Below, one piece after another: positions 10,246 through 20,223 of a stretch of 64,000 bases of DNA; the first letter of the stretch is position 1, and each line of letters begins with the position of its first letter. The notes beneath the pieces were generated by a model that was not told where the DNA came from, did no database searches, and saw only the letters and a program-made list of their open reading frames with translations. Origin of the DNA: an uncultured delta proteobacterium (GTDB taxonomy: Bacteria; Myxococcota_A; Polyangia; Polyangiales; Polyangiaceae); assembly GCA_963696385.1 (NCBI GenBank), contig CAVOKF010000005.1:544001-608000 (forward strand), read 5' to 3'. A program made the position numbers and the translations under genes.

Positions 10246-10674
10246 ATGTCGAGCAAATTGCAGATCCTCGTGGAAGCCGACGACACGGACCGATCGACCG
10301 CGTTTTACGAGGCTCTCCTCGGCGTGCCGCCTGGCCAGAGGAGCGAGACGACGGCTGTCTTCGATCTGGATTCGCCTCCGCTCGTTCTCACCGTCCAGCA
10401 GCGCCGGCAGAGGGGCGTTGCGTCGGACCGGCGGCGGATGGTCCGGGCGCACGTCCCCGGGGGCCGACACGGCTCGGAACCCGCCAAGGGCTTTCGGTAC
10501 ACCCTCGTCGTCAACGAGCCGCGGCACGTCGGCGACGCAGCCATCGCCCTCCGGCGAGCGGGCGTGCGCCTGCGGCTGGAGGACCAAGGGATCGAAGCCC
10601 GGGACCCGGACGACAACTCGTGGCGAGTTCGCTTCGTGGCGACTGCCGCCGGCCGTGCGGTGACCGCGACCTGA
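10246..10674 (+). CDS. VOC/glyoxalase-fold protein, divergent ArsI/CadI-like
   Basis: LQILVEADDTDRSTAFYEALLG...SPPLVL and ARDPDDNSW; AAGGA upstream. Confidence 0.65.
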   Translation: MSSKLQILVEADDTDRSTAFYEALLGVPPGQRSETTAVFDLDSPPLVLTVQQRRQRGVASDRRRMVRAHVPGGRHGSEPAKGFRYTLVVNEPRHVGDAAIALRRAGVRLRLEDQGIEARDPDDNSWRVRFVATAAGRAVTAT

Positions 10675-10811
10675 GAAGCGGATGGGCGCCGGACTCGCCG
10701 GACGCCGGACGCCGGGCGGCGACGTCTCGGATCGACCCGGCGAAACGTGCAGCAATGGTGACCGGCGACGTCGGTCGCCGCTACTCTACGGTCTGCGCGA
10801 AGGAGACCACG

Positions 10812-10910
10812 ATGGCCAAGGGAATCGAAAAGGGAAAGAAGAACAACAAGCCGAAGGTGTCGATCAAAGAGAGGCAAAAAAAGAAGAAGGAAAAGACCGC
10901 GTCGAAGTGA
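10812..10910 (+). CDS. 32-aa lysine-rich small protein
   Basis: AGGAG at 10801, ATG at 10812; MAKGIEKGKKNNKPKVSIKERQKKKKEKTASK. Confidence 0.7.
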   Translation: MAKGIEKGKKNNKPKVSIKERQKKKKEKTASK

Positions 10911-11071
10911 CGACGGGCGGCGGAGGGCGAAGCACCCGACGAGGGCGGGTAGCCGGGCCGGTCCGGACCCGTTCCCGCGCGCGCCGATGCTTTGCCCCAC
11001 ATCGACTCGCGCGCGGGGTCGACGATCATCGTCGGGACGGCCCTCCGGACCGGCAAGCCGGCGACTCCGCG

Positions 11072-11953
11072 TCAACGTCCGGAACTATGCGGTTCGAAGT
11101 CGGCGGGATCCGCTTCGAACCATCCGATTTCGGCGGCCGTAGCCGGCCCTACGGCCAGCTCATCGAGGGTCTCAGGCGGCCGTTCTTCGGTCGCCGAGAG
11201 CGGCACGTTGCGCGCCATCACCTCCGCGAACCGCTGCGGGAACCTCGGAAGCCGATCGGGCTCCGCCAACCCTCGGGGGACGAGAGTCCGTCCGGCCTCG
11301 TCGTATTTGTCGCTTGCGCCGAGCGTATGCAAAAGCTCATGCGCGACGACGAACAGCGCAAAGTCGGCCATCGATCTATCGAGCTCCACGGAGACGGTGC
11401 CGCGGCGCCCGCCTTCTTCGCTCTCGCCCTCGACCATTTCGTGCTCCGCGCGGGCGGGAGGGCGCGCCACGACATAGATGCACGAGTCGTACGGTCCGGG
11501 ATCGAAGCCCGCTTCGCGGTCGACCTGCGAAGTCCAACGCCATAGTTGAAAGCTCTGCCGCGCGGCCGTCATCCAACCGTCGTCGGCCGCTCGCGGTGGG
11601 TCTTCGGTGGCGGCCGCGGGGCCGATGAACGTCAGCGCGAACGGGTGCAGCCAGTCTGGGCGGTACAGGTGGGACTCATCGGCCAAACGCGACTCGAGCG
11701 CCGGGATCCGATCTCGAAACGCGACGACCGCACCATCGCCGATCGGTGCGCGCTGCACGAGCACAATCGCGACCGACAGCGGCCGTTGCCAGCGGTTGCG
11801 CTCCCGGCGGCTGTGCACGTCGCGCCACGCCCAGATCAAGGCACCCGCGAGGATCGCGAGCAAGATGGATACGCGCACACGAAAGAAGAAGAGCCGGGAG
11901 CGCTCCGAGGCCGGCGACGGCGACGGATGGGCGGACCCACGATCCGGCCTCAC
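11072..11953 (-). CDS. Membrane-anchored zincin-like metallopeptidase
   Basis: N-terminal TM segment; AHELLHTLGASDKY motif; GTG start overlaps the upstream stop (GTGA). Confidence 0.7.
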   Translation of the reverse strand: MRPDRGSAHPSPSPASERSRLFFFRVRVSILLAILAGALIWAWRDVHSRRERNRWQRPLSVAIVLVQRAPIGDGAVVAFRDRIPALESRLADESHLYRPDWLHPFALTFIGPAAATEDPPRAADDGWMTAARQSFQLWRWTSQVDREAGFDPGPYDSCIYVVARPPARAEHEMVEGESEEGGRRGTVSVELDRSMADFALFVVAHELLHTLGASDKYDEAGRTLVPRGLAEPDRLPRFPQRFAEVMARNVPLSATEERPPETLDELAVGPATAAEIGWFEADPADFEPHSSGR

Positions 11954-12222
11954 GACCCCTCGCGCTCCGGAAGAACGGCCGCTCGGTCGCGCAGAATCTC
12001 CCCGGTGAACCACGATCGCAGATACGGGCCCCTCGGGACGGTGGCAATGACCTCTCCGTCGCTTCTGGGCGCCAGCGCCATCAGAACTCCGAGGCGCTGC
12101 GCGAGCGCGTCGACAATGAATACGGCAAGGTCCTCGGCGCGGCGCATCAGCTCGGCTTCGTCCTCGGGCGGGAGCAGTCGCCGGGGGCCGCTGGGTGCGT
12201 CGGGACGTCCGTCGGGGACCAC
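11950..12222 (-). CDS. Hypothetical protein
   Basis: 90-aa ORF with a helical core, coupled by GTGA overlap to the peptidase gene. Confidence 0.45.
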   Translation of the reverse strand: MVPDGRPDAPSGPRRLLPPEDEAELMRRAEDLAVFIVDALAQRLGVLMALAPRSDGEVIATVPRGPYLRSWFTGEILRDRAAVLPEREGS

Positions 12223-12365
12223 GATTCATCCTAGCCGACAGGCGCGCAAGCCTGCAGTGCGCCGATCCGAAAGCGGATCGGATCCTTGGCAGGTGCGGGT
12301 GGACGAGCGCCCCTTCGAGCGAGCATGGTTGCGTCGTGCGTTCGGCGGGTCCTGATCGTCCGGCC

Positions 12366-13691
12366 TTGCGGAGGGGCCTCGCAACCCGCCGCGACGTCCT
12401 GTGCGGAGCCACGGGGGCCCTAACGGGCATCTTCAGCGAATCGTGCATGACGCTGCCGCCGCCCAGCGTGGCGCACGAGACCCTCGCTGGCGGGCTCGAG
12501 GTGCGTGGCACGCGCCTGTACAAGGGTGGAAAACCGTTCTTCGTGAGCGGGATCAACTACTGGGCGGCGACGACGCTCGCGCGCGACGGAGACTCGGCGG
12601 GCTGGGACCGCGTTCGGCGCGATCTCGACGTCTTGCAATCGCTCGGCATCAACGTCGTGCGCACGATGGGCGGTACGGAGGGACCGGATACCGAACCTTT
12701 ACGCATCGTGCCGTCGATCCAACCGCGCGAGGGCCGGTACGAGGAAAGTGGGGTTCACGGCGTACAGCGGTTCGCCGAAGAGATTCGACTTCGCGGTCTA
12801 TTCGCCATCGTGGTCTTGAACAACTTTTGGCCGTGGTCCGGAGGCATGGCTCAGTACCTCGCATGGGCAGGGCAGGGACCGATTCCGTACCCCCCGCCGA
12901 TCGCCGGCGGTACGTGGAGCGGGTATGAAGCCTTCGCGGGTCGCTTCTATCGGATCGACGGCGCTCGGAAGGCGTTTCGATCCTATGTCCGCTTCCTGGT
13001 CCCCCGGCTGAAGGATAACCCTGCCGTCATCTGGGAGCTTGCGAATGAGCCGCGAGGGACGAACGACGTCGGATCGTACCGTCGCTGGGTGGACGAGACC
13101 GCGAGGCTCATCAAATCGCTCGCGCCCGGACAACTCGTGACCACCGGCAGCGAGGGCCAGACGGCGTCTCCCGAGTCCGCTGGCCTGGATGTCATCGAGG
13201 ACCACCGAAGCCCAGCCGTGGACTTCGCGACGTTCCACTTGTGGGCTCAAAATTGGGGGTGGGTGCACCCCGATACGCTCGCCGCCGACTTTCCGGGGGC
13301 CTTGGCCCTCGCTCGCCGGTATGTCGAGGATCACGCCGCGCGGGCGGTCCGACTGGGCAAGCCCATCCTCCTCGAGGAGTTCGGATTTCCCCGCGACGGC
13401 GCTAGCTTCGACCCGGACGGCCCAACGCGGTTGCGCGATCGCTACTTCGAAGAGATCTACTCTCTCGTGTCTTCGCTGCTGCGCGAGACTCCCATAGCCG
13501 GCATCATGCCCTGGGCCTGGGCCGGTGATGCTCGCCCACCGCGCCCGGGCGAGTTTTGGAGACCGGGCGATCCTTTGAGTGGCGATCCGCCGCACGAGCC
13601 GCAGGGGTGGTACGGCGTGTATGCCCGTGACTCCACCGTGGCCGTCATCCGACAAGGGTCGGCTCGGATCGCGTCCTTTGCCCGCACATGA
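12366..13691 (+). CDS. GH5 endo-1,4-beta-mannanase-like glycoside hydrolase (start uncertain)
   Basis: WELANEPR acid/base, LLEEFG nucleophile, NNFWPWSGGMAQY, GDPPHEPQGWY; Tat-like TRRDVL signal. Confidence 0.85.
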   Translation: MRRGLATRRDVLCGATGALTGIFSESCMTLPPPSVAHETLAGGLEVRGTRLYKGGKPFFVSGINYWAATTLARDGDSAGWDRVRRDLDVLQSLGINVVRTMGGTEGPDTEPLRIVPSIQPREGRYEESGVHGVQRFAEEIRLRGLFAIVVLNNFWPWSGGMAQYLAWAGQGPIPYPPPIAGGTWSGYEAFAGRFYRIDGARKAFRSYVRFLVPRLKDNPAVIWELANEPRGTNDVGSYRRWVDETARLIKSLAPGQLVTTGSEGQTASPESAGLDVIEDHRSPAVDFATFHLWAQNWGWVHPDTLAADFPGALALARRYVEDHAARAVRLGKPILLEEFGFPRDGASFDPDGPTRLRDRYFEEIYSLVSSLLRETPIAGIMPWAWAGDARPPRPGEFWRPGDPLSGDPPHEPQGWYGVYARDSTVAVIRQGSARIASFART

Positions 13692-13875
13692 TCGCGCGGG
13701 CGTCGATCGCGGGTGTGCCCGGCGCCACTGTGCCGAATTTCGTGACCGTCGACGCCGCATGCGGCCGACAACGCTGGAATAAGGCAGCCAGCGTGTACCG
13801 ATGTCGTGCGCCGTGCGCGCCGATTTCGATCGATGGCGCCTTTCGCGACGCCTTCCCATTTGCGACCCTTGTCGG

Positions 13876-14526
13876 GTGTCCCAAAAAGCGATCTTCCGCG
13901 CGATCCTGACTGTACCCATCCTGCTGCTTGCCGGCTCCGCCGCAGCGGATTCCGTCGCACCCTGGAAGCCAGATGGCACCTCCGGCGGCCTCTGGGTCGA
14001 AAGTCGCGAGGTGCAGGGCTCGTCGTTCCACGAGATCCGCATCACCGCCGTCAGTTCGATCGGTCTCGTACGCATGTGCGACGCGATTTTCGGAAAGGGT
14101 CGCGAAGTGCAGTCGACCGTGCGGTTCAAGAAACGCGAAGTGTTGCGTGAGACCGCTACCGAGCGTTGGACCTACGAGCAGATCGAGGTCCCGTGGGTGG
14201 CGGATCGCGACTACGTCATGCACACCAAACTCGAGCAGCCCGCGTCGAGCGGCCGATGCGAAGTCTCTTTCGAGACCGAGAACGATTCGTCTCGGCCGCC
14301 TGCGGCGGGGTTCGTACGGATCCCCTGCATTCGCGGTCACTGGTGGGTGGCCCCCACCGCAGACGGCAAACTGTGGCTCCGTTACGAGGTGTACAGCGAG
14401 CCGGGCGGCGGAATTCCCGCGTTCCTCGCGCGAGGCGGTCAGCGCAGCTCCGCGATCGAATTCGTCAAAGCCGCCATCGGGCGCGCCGGTGCACCCGAGA
14501 CGGTGGCCCGGGGGACCGGCCCGTGA
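13876..14526 (+). CDS. Secreted START/SRPBCC-like protein
   Basis: Signal peptide; PWVADRDYV and YSEPGGGIP resemble bacterial START domains. Confidence 0.65.
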   Translation: MSQKAIFRAILTVPILLLAGSAAADSVAPWKPDGTSGGLWVESREVQGSSFHEIRITAVSSIGLVRMCDAIFGKGREVQSTVRFKKREVLRETATERWTYEQIEVPWVADRDYVMHTKLEQPASSGRCEVSFETENDSSRPPAAGFVRIPCIRGHWWVAPTADGKLWLRYEVYSEPGGGIPAFLARGGQRSSAIEFVKAAIGRAGAPETVARGTGP

Positions 14527-16994
14527 ACGAATCCGCGCTTCGCGAGAGCCTGGGCATTCCAGCCGACGCGCGGCGCGTTCTCCTTTTTTGCGAGAGCAGC
14601 CACTGGGACACCAACTGGCTCAGCACGTCGGAAGAGTATTTCACGCGGCGGCTCGAACCGATATTTGCCCATATCGTCACCGCGCTCGATCGCGATCCCA
14701 AGCGCATCTATTGCATCGAGAGCGTCTTTTTCCTCGAGCTCTACTGGGAGCGGCACCCCGAGCAGCAGGCGCGACTGACCCGCCTCATCGAGCGCCGCCA
14801 ACTGCGCCTGATGTCGTCTTCGCTGACCACTCCGGACACGCTGCTTCCGCATCCCGAGGCCATCCTTCGCGACTACCTTCTGGGCCAGGATTGGTTGCGT
14901 GCGAGCGGCCTGTCGATCATGCCTCGCACCGCGTACTTCCCGGACAACTTCGGACACTCGCCGCATCTGCCGTCCTTGATGCGGGCGGTCGGCGTCGACG
15001 CTGTCGCACTGACTCGAATCGACGGAATGTATTTCATCGCGGCGGACTACCGCAGCAAAACCTCGTTTCCCCTCAAGGGATCGACGGCCGAGCTTCTCCA
15101 AAAGGAGCTACGAACGCTCGACTTCATCTGGCGTGACGACGACGGGGCGGAGGTGCTCTGCCACTGGAACGCCTTCACCTATTTTCAAGGCGACATGTTG
15201 GCGCACGCGGGGATCGTCCGGTGGAACGGCCACTGCGCCGCCGTGCCCTGGCGGACGCGGGGCCACGTCGCCCGGCGAATCGACGGCTTCGCACGGCAGC
15301 TCGAACCGCTCGCCCGCACACCGTATTTCTTGTGCCCCATCGGCATGGACTTCAACGATCCCATCGACGGTTTGCGCGATCTACTCGACCGCTACAACGG
15401 CGAACGGTACCCGCGGACGGGAACGTGGACGGTGCTTGCCGGACTGGACGACTACTTCGAATTGCTAGGATTCCACAGGGAAAAGCTCCCGGTGCTCTCG
15501 ATCGACCCGAATCCCTACTGGATGGGCTTCTACTCGTCTCGGCCCGAGCTGAAACAACGCCCCACGCGAATTGCACGAGCGCTTTTGCTCGCCGAGAGTC
15601 TGTCGGCGCTCGGTCCGCGCGATCCGGTGCTCGAAGCGTCGCTTCGCAGCGGGTGGCAAAGACTGGTTCTCATCAACCATCACGACGCCATCACGGGTAC
15701 GTCGCCGGATCGGGTCTGCCACGACGAGCAGCGGCGCTGGCTTTCCGCGGCCGAGGCTGCGGCGACCGTGGCTTTGTCGCGCGCCTCGGCCGGTGCCTCC
15801 GTGACGACGAGCGAACAAGTGCCTTCGACCCGAGGCGCCGGGCTGCGCCGCGTCCGCTTTTGGCGTGAGGGCCAGGACGTCCACGTCCAAACGGCGAATC
15901 ACCGTCTGACGTTCTCGAAGGAACGGGGCGGGTGCCTGACCAGTCTCGTGATCGACGGCAGCGACCAGCTGCGGGGGCTGGGGTTCGATCTGCTCGCGTT
16001 TGCCGATGAGGGCGGGCTATGGAGAATGGGCCACGAGTACCGGGGCGGTCGGTTCGTGGAAGTCGACCGCGCGAGCCGAAGGCCGGCCCAGATCGAAATC
16101 GACGAAGTCGGCGATGCCGTCACGGTGGCGGTCACGTCCGACCTGCGAGGCGCGCGGTTCCTCCGAACCGTCACGTGCCGAAGCGACGACGCGCTGCTTC
16201 GTCTGCGGGTCGAGGGCGCTGCGCCTCGTCGAATGACTGTGACGTGCCGTTGGGCCATCGCCGGATGTCCGACGTCGATCGAAATGGACACGATAGGCGG
16301 CACGATCGATCGCCCGTTCGAGCGCGTCCATCAGCCGACGTTCTGGCCGGTGCCGTCGAGTGTCTCGCTGCGCCGACCGACGGGCGCCATTCACGTCGGC
16401 TTCGAAGCGCCGACGGCCGTTTCCTTGAGTCCCGACCACGCACTCGAGTGGATTGTCGCGCGCAACGCCCCCAAGGAGCGCGCCTTCGGGTGGCTACCGG
16501 TTCTGGCGCATCCCATCGGGGGAACGGTCGACGAGCAACAGACGCATCAGGCCGCGCTGTTTGTCACGACCGAGCCGTGCATTTCGCCCGCGATGCGGCT
16601 TCGACTCGATTTGGCGTGGCTGCCCGCGGCCCTCCGCCCGCTCAAGCACCTGGCCGGATCGCTCGTGCTCTGCGACGATCCGGCCGTCGCGTTCGTGGCC
16701 CTCAAGCGCGCCGACGTGGGCCCCGGGGTGATCGTGCGACTCGTCTGCAACGGCGCTTCGGAGCGATCGGTTCGGGTATGGCTGAGGTCGCGCGAGATCG
16801 CCTCGGCGTCGCGCTGCGACGCGCTCGAGCGAGACCTCGAGCCGATTGAGGTCATCGGGGGTCGTGCGGTTGTCCCCATGGCCTGCCGGCTCGTCACGGT
16901 GCGCCTGGTGCTTCGAGACTGCTCATCGATGAACTCGTCGCCGTGGCTCGCAACTCCCGAGTCCTCCGCGGTCGATGCTCCCGCGTGCGGGTAG
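14523..16994 (+). CDS. GH38 alpha-mannosidase-like protein
   Basis: SHWDTNW, PDNFGHS, HHDAITGT; GTG start overlaps the upstream stop. Confidence 0.85.
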   Translation: MNESALRESLGIPADARRVLLFCESSHWDTNWLSTSEEYFTRRLEPIFAHIVTALDRDPKRIYCIESVFFLELYWERHPEQQARLTRLIERRQLRLMSSSLTTPDTLLPHPEAILRDYLLGQDWLRASGLSIMPRTAYFPDNFGHSPHLPSLMRAVGVDAVALTRIDGMYFIAADYRSKTSFPLKGSTAELLQKELRTLDFIWRDDDGAEVLCHWNAFTYFQGDMLAHAGIVRWNGHCAAVPWRTRGHVARRIDGFARQLEPLARTPYFLCPIGMDFNDPIDGLRDLLDRYNGERYPRTGTWTVLAGLDDYFELLGFHREKLPVLSIDPNPYWMGFYSSRPELKQRPTRIARALLLAESLSALGPRDPVLEASLRSGWQRLVLINHHDAITGTSPDRVCHDEQRRWLSAAEAAATVALSRASAGASVTTSEQVPSTRGAGLRRVRFWREGQDVHVQTANHRLTFSKERGGCLTSLVIDGSDQLRGLGFDLLAFADEGGLWRMGHEYRGGRFVEVDRASRRPAQIEIDEVGDAVTVAVTSDLRGARFLRTVTCRSDDALLRLRVEGAAPRRMTVTCRWAIAGCPTSIEMDTIGGTIDRPFERVHQPTFWPVPSSVSLRRPTGAIHVGFEAPTAVSLSPDHALEWIVARNAPKERAFGWLPVLAHPIGGTVDEQQTHQAALFVTTEPCISPAMRLRLDLAWLPAALRPLKHLAGSLVLCDDPAVAFVALKRADVGPGVIVRLVCNGASERSVRVWLRSREIASASRCDALERDLEPIEVIGGRAVVPMACRLVTVRLVLRDCSSMNSSPWLATPESSAVDAPACG

Positions 16995-17051
16995 TCCGAG
17001 AATCGCTAGCGAACGTACGTGATGATTCATATTAACCTCCACGCTACCGAT

Positions 17052-18452
17052 TCATTGCAATGCCGATGCCCGCGAGTCTCCGGAGCGATCAGCCCGTTCG
17101 GATTCACCCGACGGCCGAATCGCGAGACAGGTCGTTGAATCGCTCGTCCGCGACTCGTTTCGCCAGTCCCGAGCATTCGGGGTTTGGAGCGGAGCCGGTT
17201 GCGCTTCGGCGGCGTTCGCGGCCGGGCAGGACCGGACCTGTGCGTTCGAAGCGCCCGGACGCGCGGAATCCTGGAACACGGGTGCCGGCTGCGACGCGAT
17301 GGCCCCCGCGAATGCGGGCAGCGGAGAGCGAGAGTGGACGTCGGCGTACACCGACATGAAGACGCCCGCGAACAACGCCGACAACAACAACAGCGCGCCC
17401 GCTATCATGCGCATAGAGGCCGGTCGTTGGAACGCGCTCGCGCCGTCCTGCAGGAGGGCGTCGTCGTTTGCCGCAGGTTGCAAGGGCAACGTAAGTAAGG
17501 CCTTCGGACGGGCACGAATGCCAAGCGCGTGCTCGATGCGATCGCGTGACGCTCGCGCCAGGAGGGTTCCGTGCGGCGCAAACGCTCGAGCGAATTGCGC
17601 GACGTCCGCAAACCGGGCCAAAGGGTCCTTGTGCAGGCAGCATTTGATGGCCGCTTCCAGGCGGCGATCGACGCTCCGCGCGTCGCAAAGGAGCGGCTCG
17701 GGAGGCCGGGTTAGCACCGCGATGCTGAGATCGGAAAGGCTCGCCGCCGGAAACGGAGGCGCGCCCGATAGCCATTCGTAGGTTATCGCGCCCAGTGCCC
17801 AGACGTCGCTTTGGGCGTACGCCTCGTGCGGGTGGCACAGCTGCTCCGGCGCAAGGCAGTAAAACGATCGCAGAAGGCGGTCCGGCCGCGTCAAAGCAAC
17901 CGACGAGAAACACCGGAGCGGATCTCCAAGCGCGGGGAGACCAAAGTGTGCAACCTTGACGGTCGCCGTGCCGTCGCAGCGTCGGGTCAAGAAAAGGCTG
18001 CCCGATTTAAGATCGCCGTGGACGCTCCCCTGAGCATGAGCCTCGGCGATCGACTCCGCAGCTTGCAGCACCCAGTCGATCGCCGTCGGCACGGCCAAAG
18101 CGCCCCAGGTGTGGAGGACATGGTCGAAGTTGTGCCCGTCCGGATACTCGACGACCGAATAGGGTTGCCCGCGGGGGAACGTGCCCGTGTCGAGAATGCG
18201 CACCGTGTGCTCGTTCTGGAGGCGCAACGCGCCACGGGCCGTCCGAAGGAAGCGATCGAACACTCCCGGATCGCGCGCCCATTCAGGGGCAAGGGTCTGG
18301 ATGGCGACCCGACGATCGAGTTGGGCATCGTGAGCCGACAGCAACACGACGATGCGGTCGCGGCCGCACTCGCCTTCGATCACGTATCGGTCTGCCAGTG
18401 TTGTTCCCGGTTGGGGCAGCATCCCGCCGAGCCCTTGCGCAAGTCCGGTCAT
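17052..18452 (-). CDS. Ser/Thr kinase-like protein, probable pseudokinase, with TM segment
   Basis: Kinase fold (APE, SDVWALG) but VAIQ, HGDLKSGS, AHFG and no Gly loop. Confidence 0.8.
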   Translation of the reverse strand: MTGLAQGLGGMLPQPGTTLADRYVIEGECGRDRIVVLLSAHDAQLDRRVAIQTLAPEWARDPGVFDRFLRTARGALRLQNEHTVRILDTGTFPRGQPYSVVEYPDGHNFDHVLHTWGALAVPTAIDWVLQAAESIAEAHAQGSVHGDLKSGSLFLTRRCDGTATVKVAHFGLPALGDPLRCFSSVALTRPDRLLRSFYCLAPEQLCHPHEAYAQSDVWALGAITYEWLSGAPPFPAASLSDLSIAVLTRPPEPLLCDARSVDRRLEAAIKCCLHKDPLARFADVAQFARAFAPHGTLLARASRDRIEHALGIRARPKALLTLPLQPAANDDALLQDGASAFQRPASMRMIAGALLLLSALFAGVFMSVYADVHSRSPLPAFAGAIASQPAPVFQDSARPGASNAQVRSCPAANAAEAQPAPLQTPNARDWRNESRTSDSTTCLAIRPSGESERADRSGDSRASALQ

Positions 18453-18479
18453 ACGAGGCTCCTCTGCCCAGGCGCCCCG

Positions 18480-18495
18480 TGCGAAACGCGGGCCA
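18480..18495 (-). promoter_or_regulatory. sigma54-type promoter of the pseudokinase
   Basis: TGGCCCGCGTTTCGCA (GG-N10-GC) upstream of GAGGAG and ATG 18452. Confidence 0.5.
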
Positions 18496-18603
18496 CGTCG
18501 TCCTGCATACCTCGCGCACTGCAGCGGGTTTGCGACGAGCCCGGCTCATCCGCTCGAGATCTCGGGGCGGCTCGGGCTCGGGTTTGCGATCGCGGCCTGA
18601 TAG

Positions 18604-20187
18604 GTGCAGTGGCCATCGCCGATGCGCTCGAGGTCGGTCGGAGGCTCGGTCCAATCAGTCGCGGCCGTCGACGGAATCGCGATCGGTCTGGCCGTGGTGT
18701 GGGGCCGCGATCCGGAGCCGCGCAGTGTCGCCGGAACGCCCGAAGAGGAGCGCCGGCGATTGGGCCGCGCGCTCGTGCGGGTGACGCGGGACGTAAAGGA
18801 CCTCGCGCGCTTGCTGCCGCCGGCCGAGGCTGATCTCTTTGCCCCCGAAGTCGTGATCCTCGATGAGCTCGGTCCAGTGCTGCTCCAACGGGTCGACCTG
18901 GGAGCCACGGCTGAAGAGGCCGTCCACCAGGCCACCTCGCAGGTGTCGACCGATTTGCTCTTGGATGCGCGCGCCCGTCTGCTCGACAGCCTGAGCCACG
19001 ACTGGCGATCCGTGGAAGCGCTGCTTGAAGGGCGGGACGGGGACCGAGTGCTCGCGATCGAGTCGCTCACTCCGTCGGTCGTTGCGTCGCTCCCCGCCCG
19101 CGTCGTGGGAATCGTGGCGGCATGGCACGACGCTCCACGTAGAAGCGAGTACACATCCCACGCCGTGATACTCGCTCGCGGGCGAGGCATCCCGGTCGCG
19201 TTCGTCCGCCCGGAGACTCTCCACACCATCTCCGACGACGACACAGTCGTGCTGGACACGACCGGCAGCGTCGCCTCCGTCTGGGTGTCACCGGCCCCGT
19301 CGGTGGTCTTCGAGGCGAAGCGGCGGCACGAGGAGTGGATCGTGCGCTGCGCGCAGGACGAGGCCAAAGTCGCGGCTCCTCTGGCGCATCTTGGGCTCGA
19401 CGTGCAGGTCAACATCGCGTCGATGGTCGAGCATGTTCCCGCCTCGGCCGATGGGATCGGGCTCGTGCGGACGGAGCTCGTGTTTTCGGGTCATCTCCTG
19501 GCTCCGTGCGAAATGGAGCAGTTCGCGGCGCTCCGGGCCATCGCGAAGCCAGTCGGGCGAGCGCCCGTCGTCGTCCGCCTCTTCGATGCGGGTGGTGACA
19601 AGCCGTTGGCCTGGCTGAAGCCGCCCGCCGGCTTCGATCGTACACGAGGCATAGAGCTCCTCTTCATGCATCCGGCGATCCTGGAGACACAACTCCGTGC
19701 TATCGCCCGTGCGGCCGACGGCATCGACATGCGTGTGCTCCTGCCATTCGTTCGGTCCGCGGGCGACGTCGATCGCATCCGCGAGAAGACAGCCCGGAGC
19801 CTCGCCGTGGGCGCGATGATCGAGACGCCGGCAGCGGTTCATCAGGTCGACGAAATCGTCGCGGCAGCCGATTTCGTATGCGTCGGCACCAATGATCTGT
19901 TCGCTCGGGTGGCTCGGCGAGAGCGCAGAGGTTCGCCCCTGTCGTTCGATGCGCGCGCCCTGCGCATGGTCGAACGTGTGATTGCGGCGTCGCACGCTCG
20001 GGGCCGCAAAGTGAGCGTGTGCGGTGAGATGGCGGGCGATCCGCATGGAGCACGGATCTTGGTAGGCCTGGGAGTCGACGCCATCAGCGTGGCTCCGGTC
20101 CGCTTCGCCAAGGTCAAGCTGTCGCTGCGTGACGTGACGGTCGACGATTGCCGACGCGTCGCCCAAGAGGCCGTGAGGCGAGGATGA
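18604..20187 (+). CDS. PEP-protein phosphotransferase (PTS enzyme I-like), divergent
   Basis: SHAVILAR phospho-His, GIGLVRTE, DAGGDK, MIETP, GTNDL, VCGEMAG. Confidence 0.85.
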   Translation: MQWPSPMRSRSVGGSVQSVAAVDGIAIGLAVVWGRDPEPRSVAGTPEEERRRLGRALVRVTRDVKDLARLLPPAEADLFAPEVVILDELGPVLLQRVDLGATAEEAVHQATSQVSTDLLLDARARLLDSLSHDWRSVEALLEGRDGDRVLAIESLTPSVVASLPARVVGIVAAWHDAPRRSEYTSHAVILARGRGIPVAFVRPETLHTISDDDTVVLDTTGSVASVWVSPAPSVVFEAKRRHEEWIVRCAQDEAKVAAPLAHLGLDVQVNIASMVEHVPASADGIGLVRTELVFSGHLLAPCEMEQFAALRAIAKPVGRAPVVVRLFDAGGDKPLAWLKPPAGFDRTRGIELLFMHPAILETQLRAIARAADGIDMRVLLPFVRSAGDVDRIREKTARSLAVGAMIETPAAVHQVDEIVAAADFVCVGTNDLFARVARRERRGSPLSFDARALRMVERVIAASHARGRKVSVCGEMAGDPHGARILVGLGVDAISVAPVRFAKVKLSLRDVTVDDCRRVAQEAVRRG

Positions 20188-20223
20188 CACACTCGGGCGC
20201 GGGCGCGCACTGGTTCATCGGAG

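Noticed and set aside
9911..10286. Minus-strand ORFs 9911..10153 and 9936..10286
   Set aside because: No recognisable motifs, and they run across hairpins.
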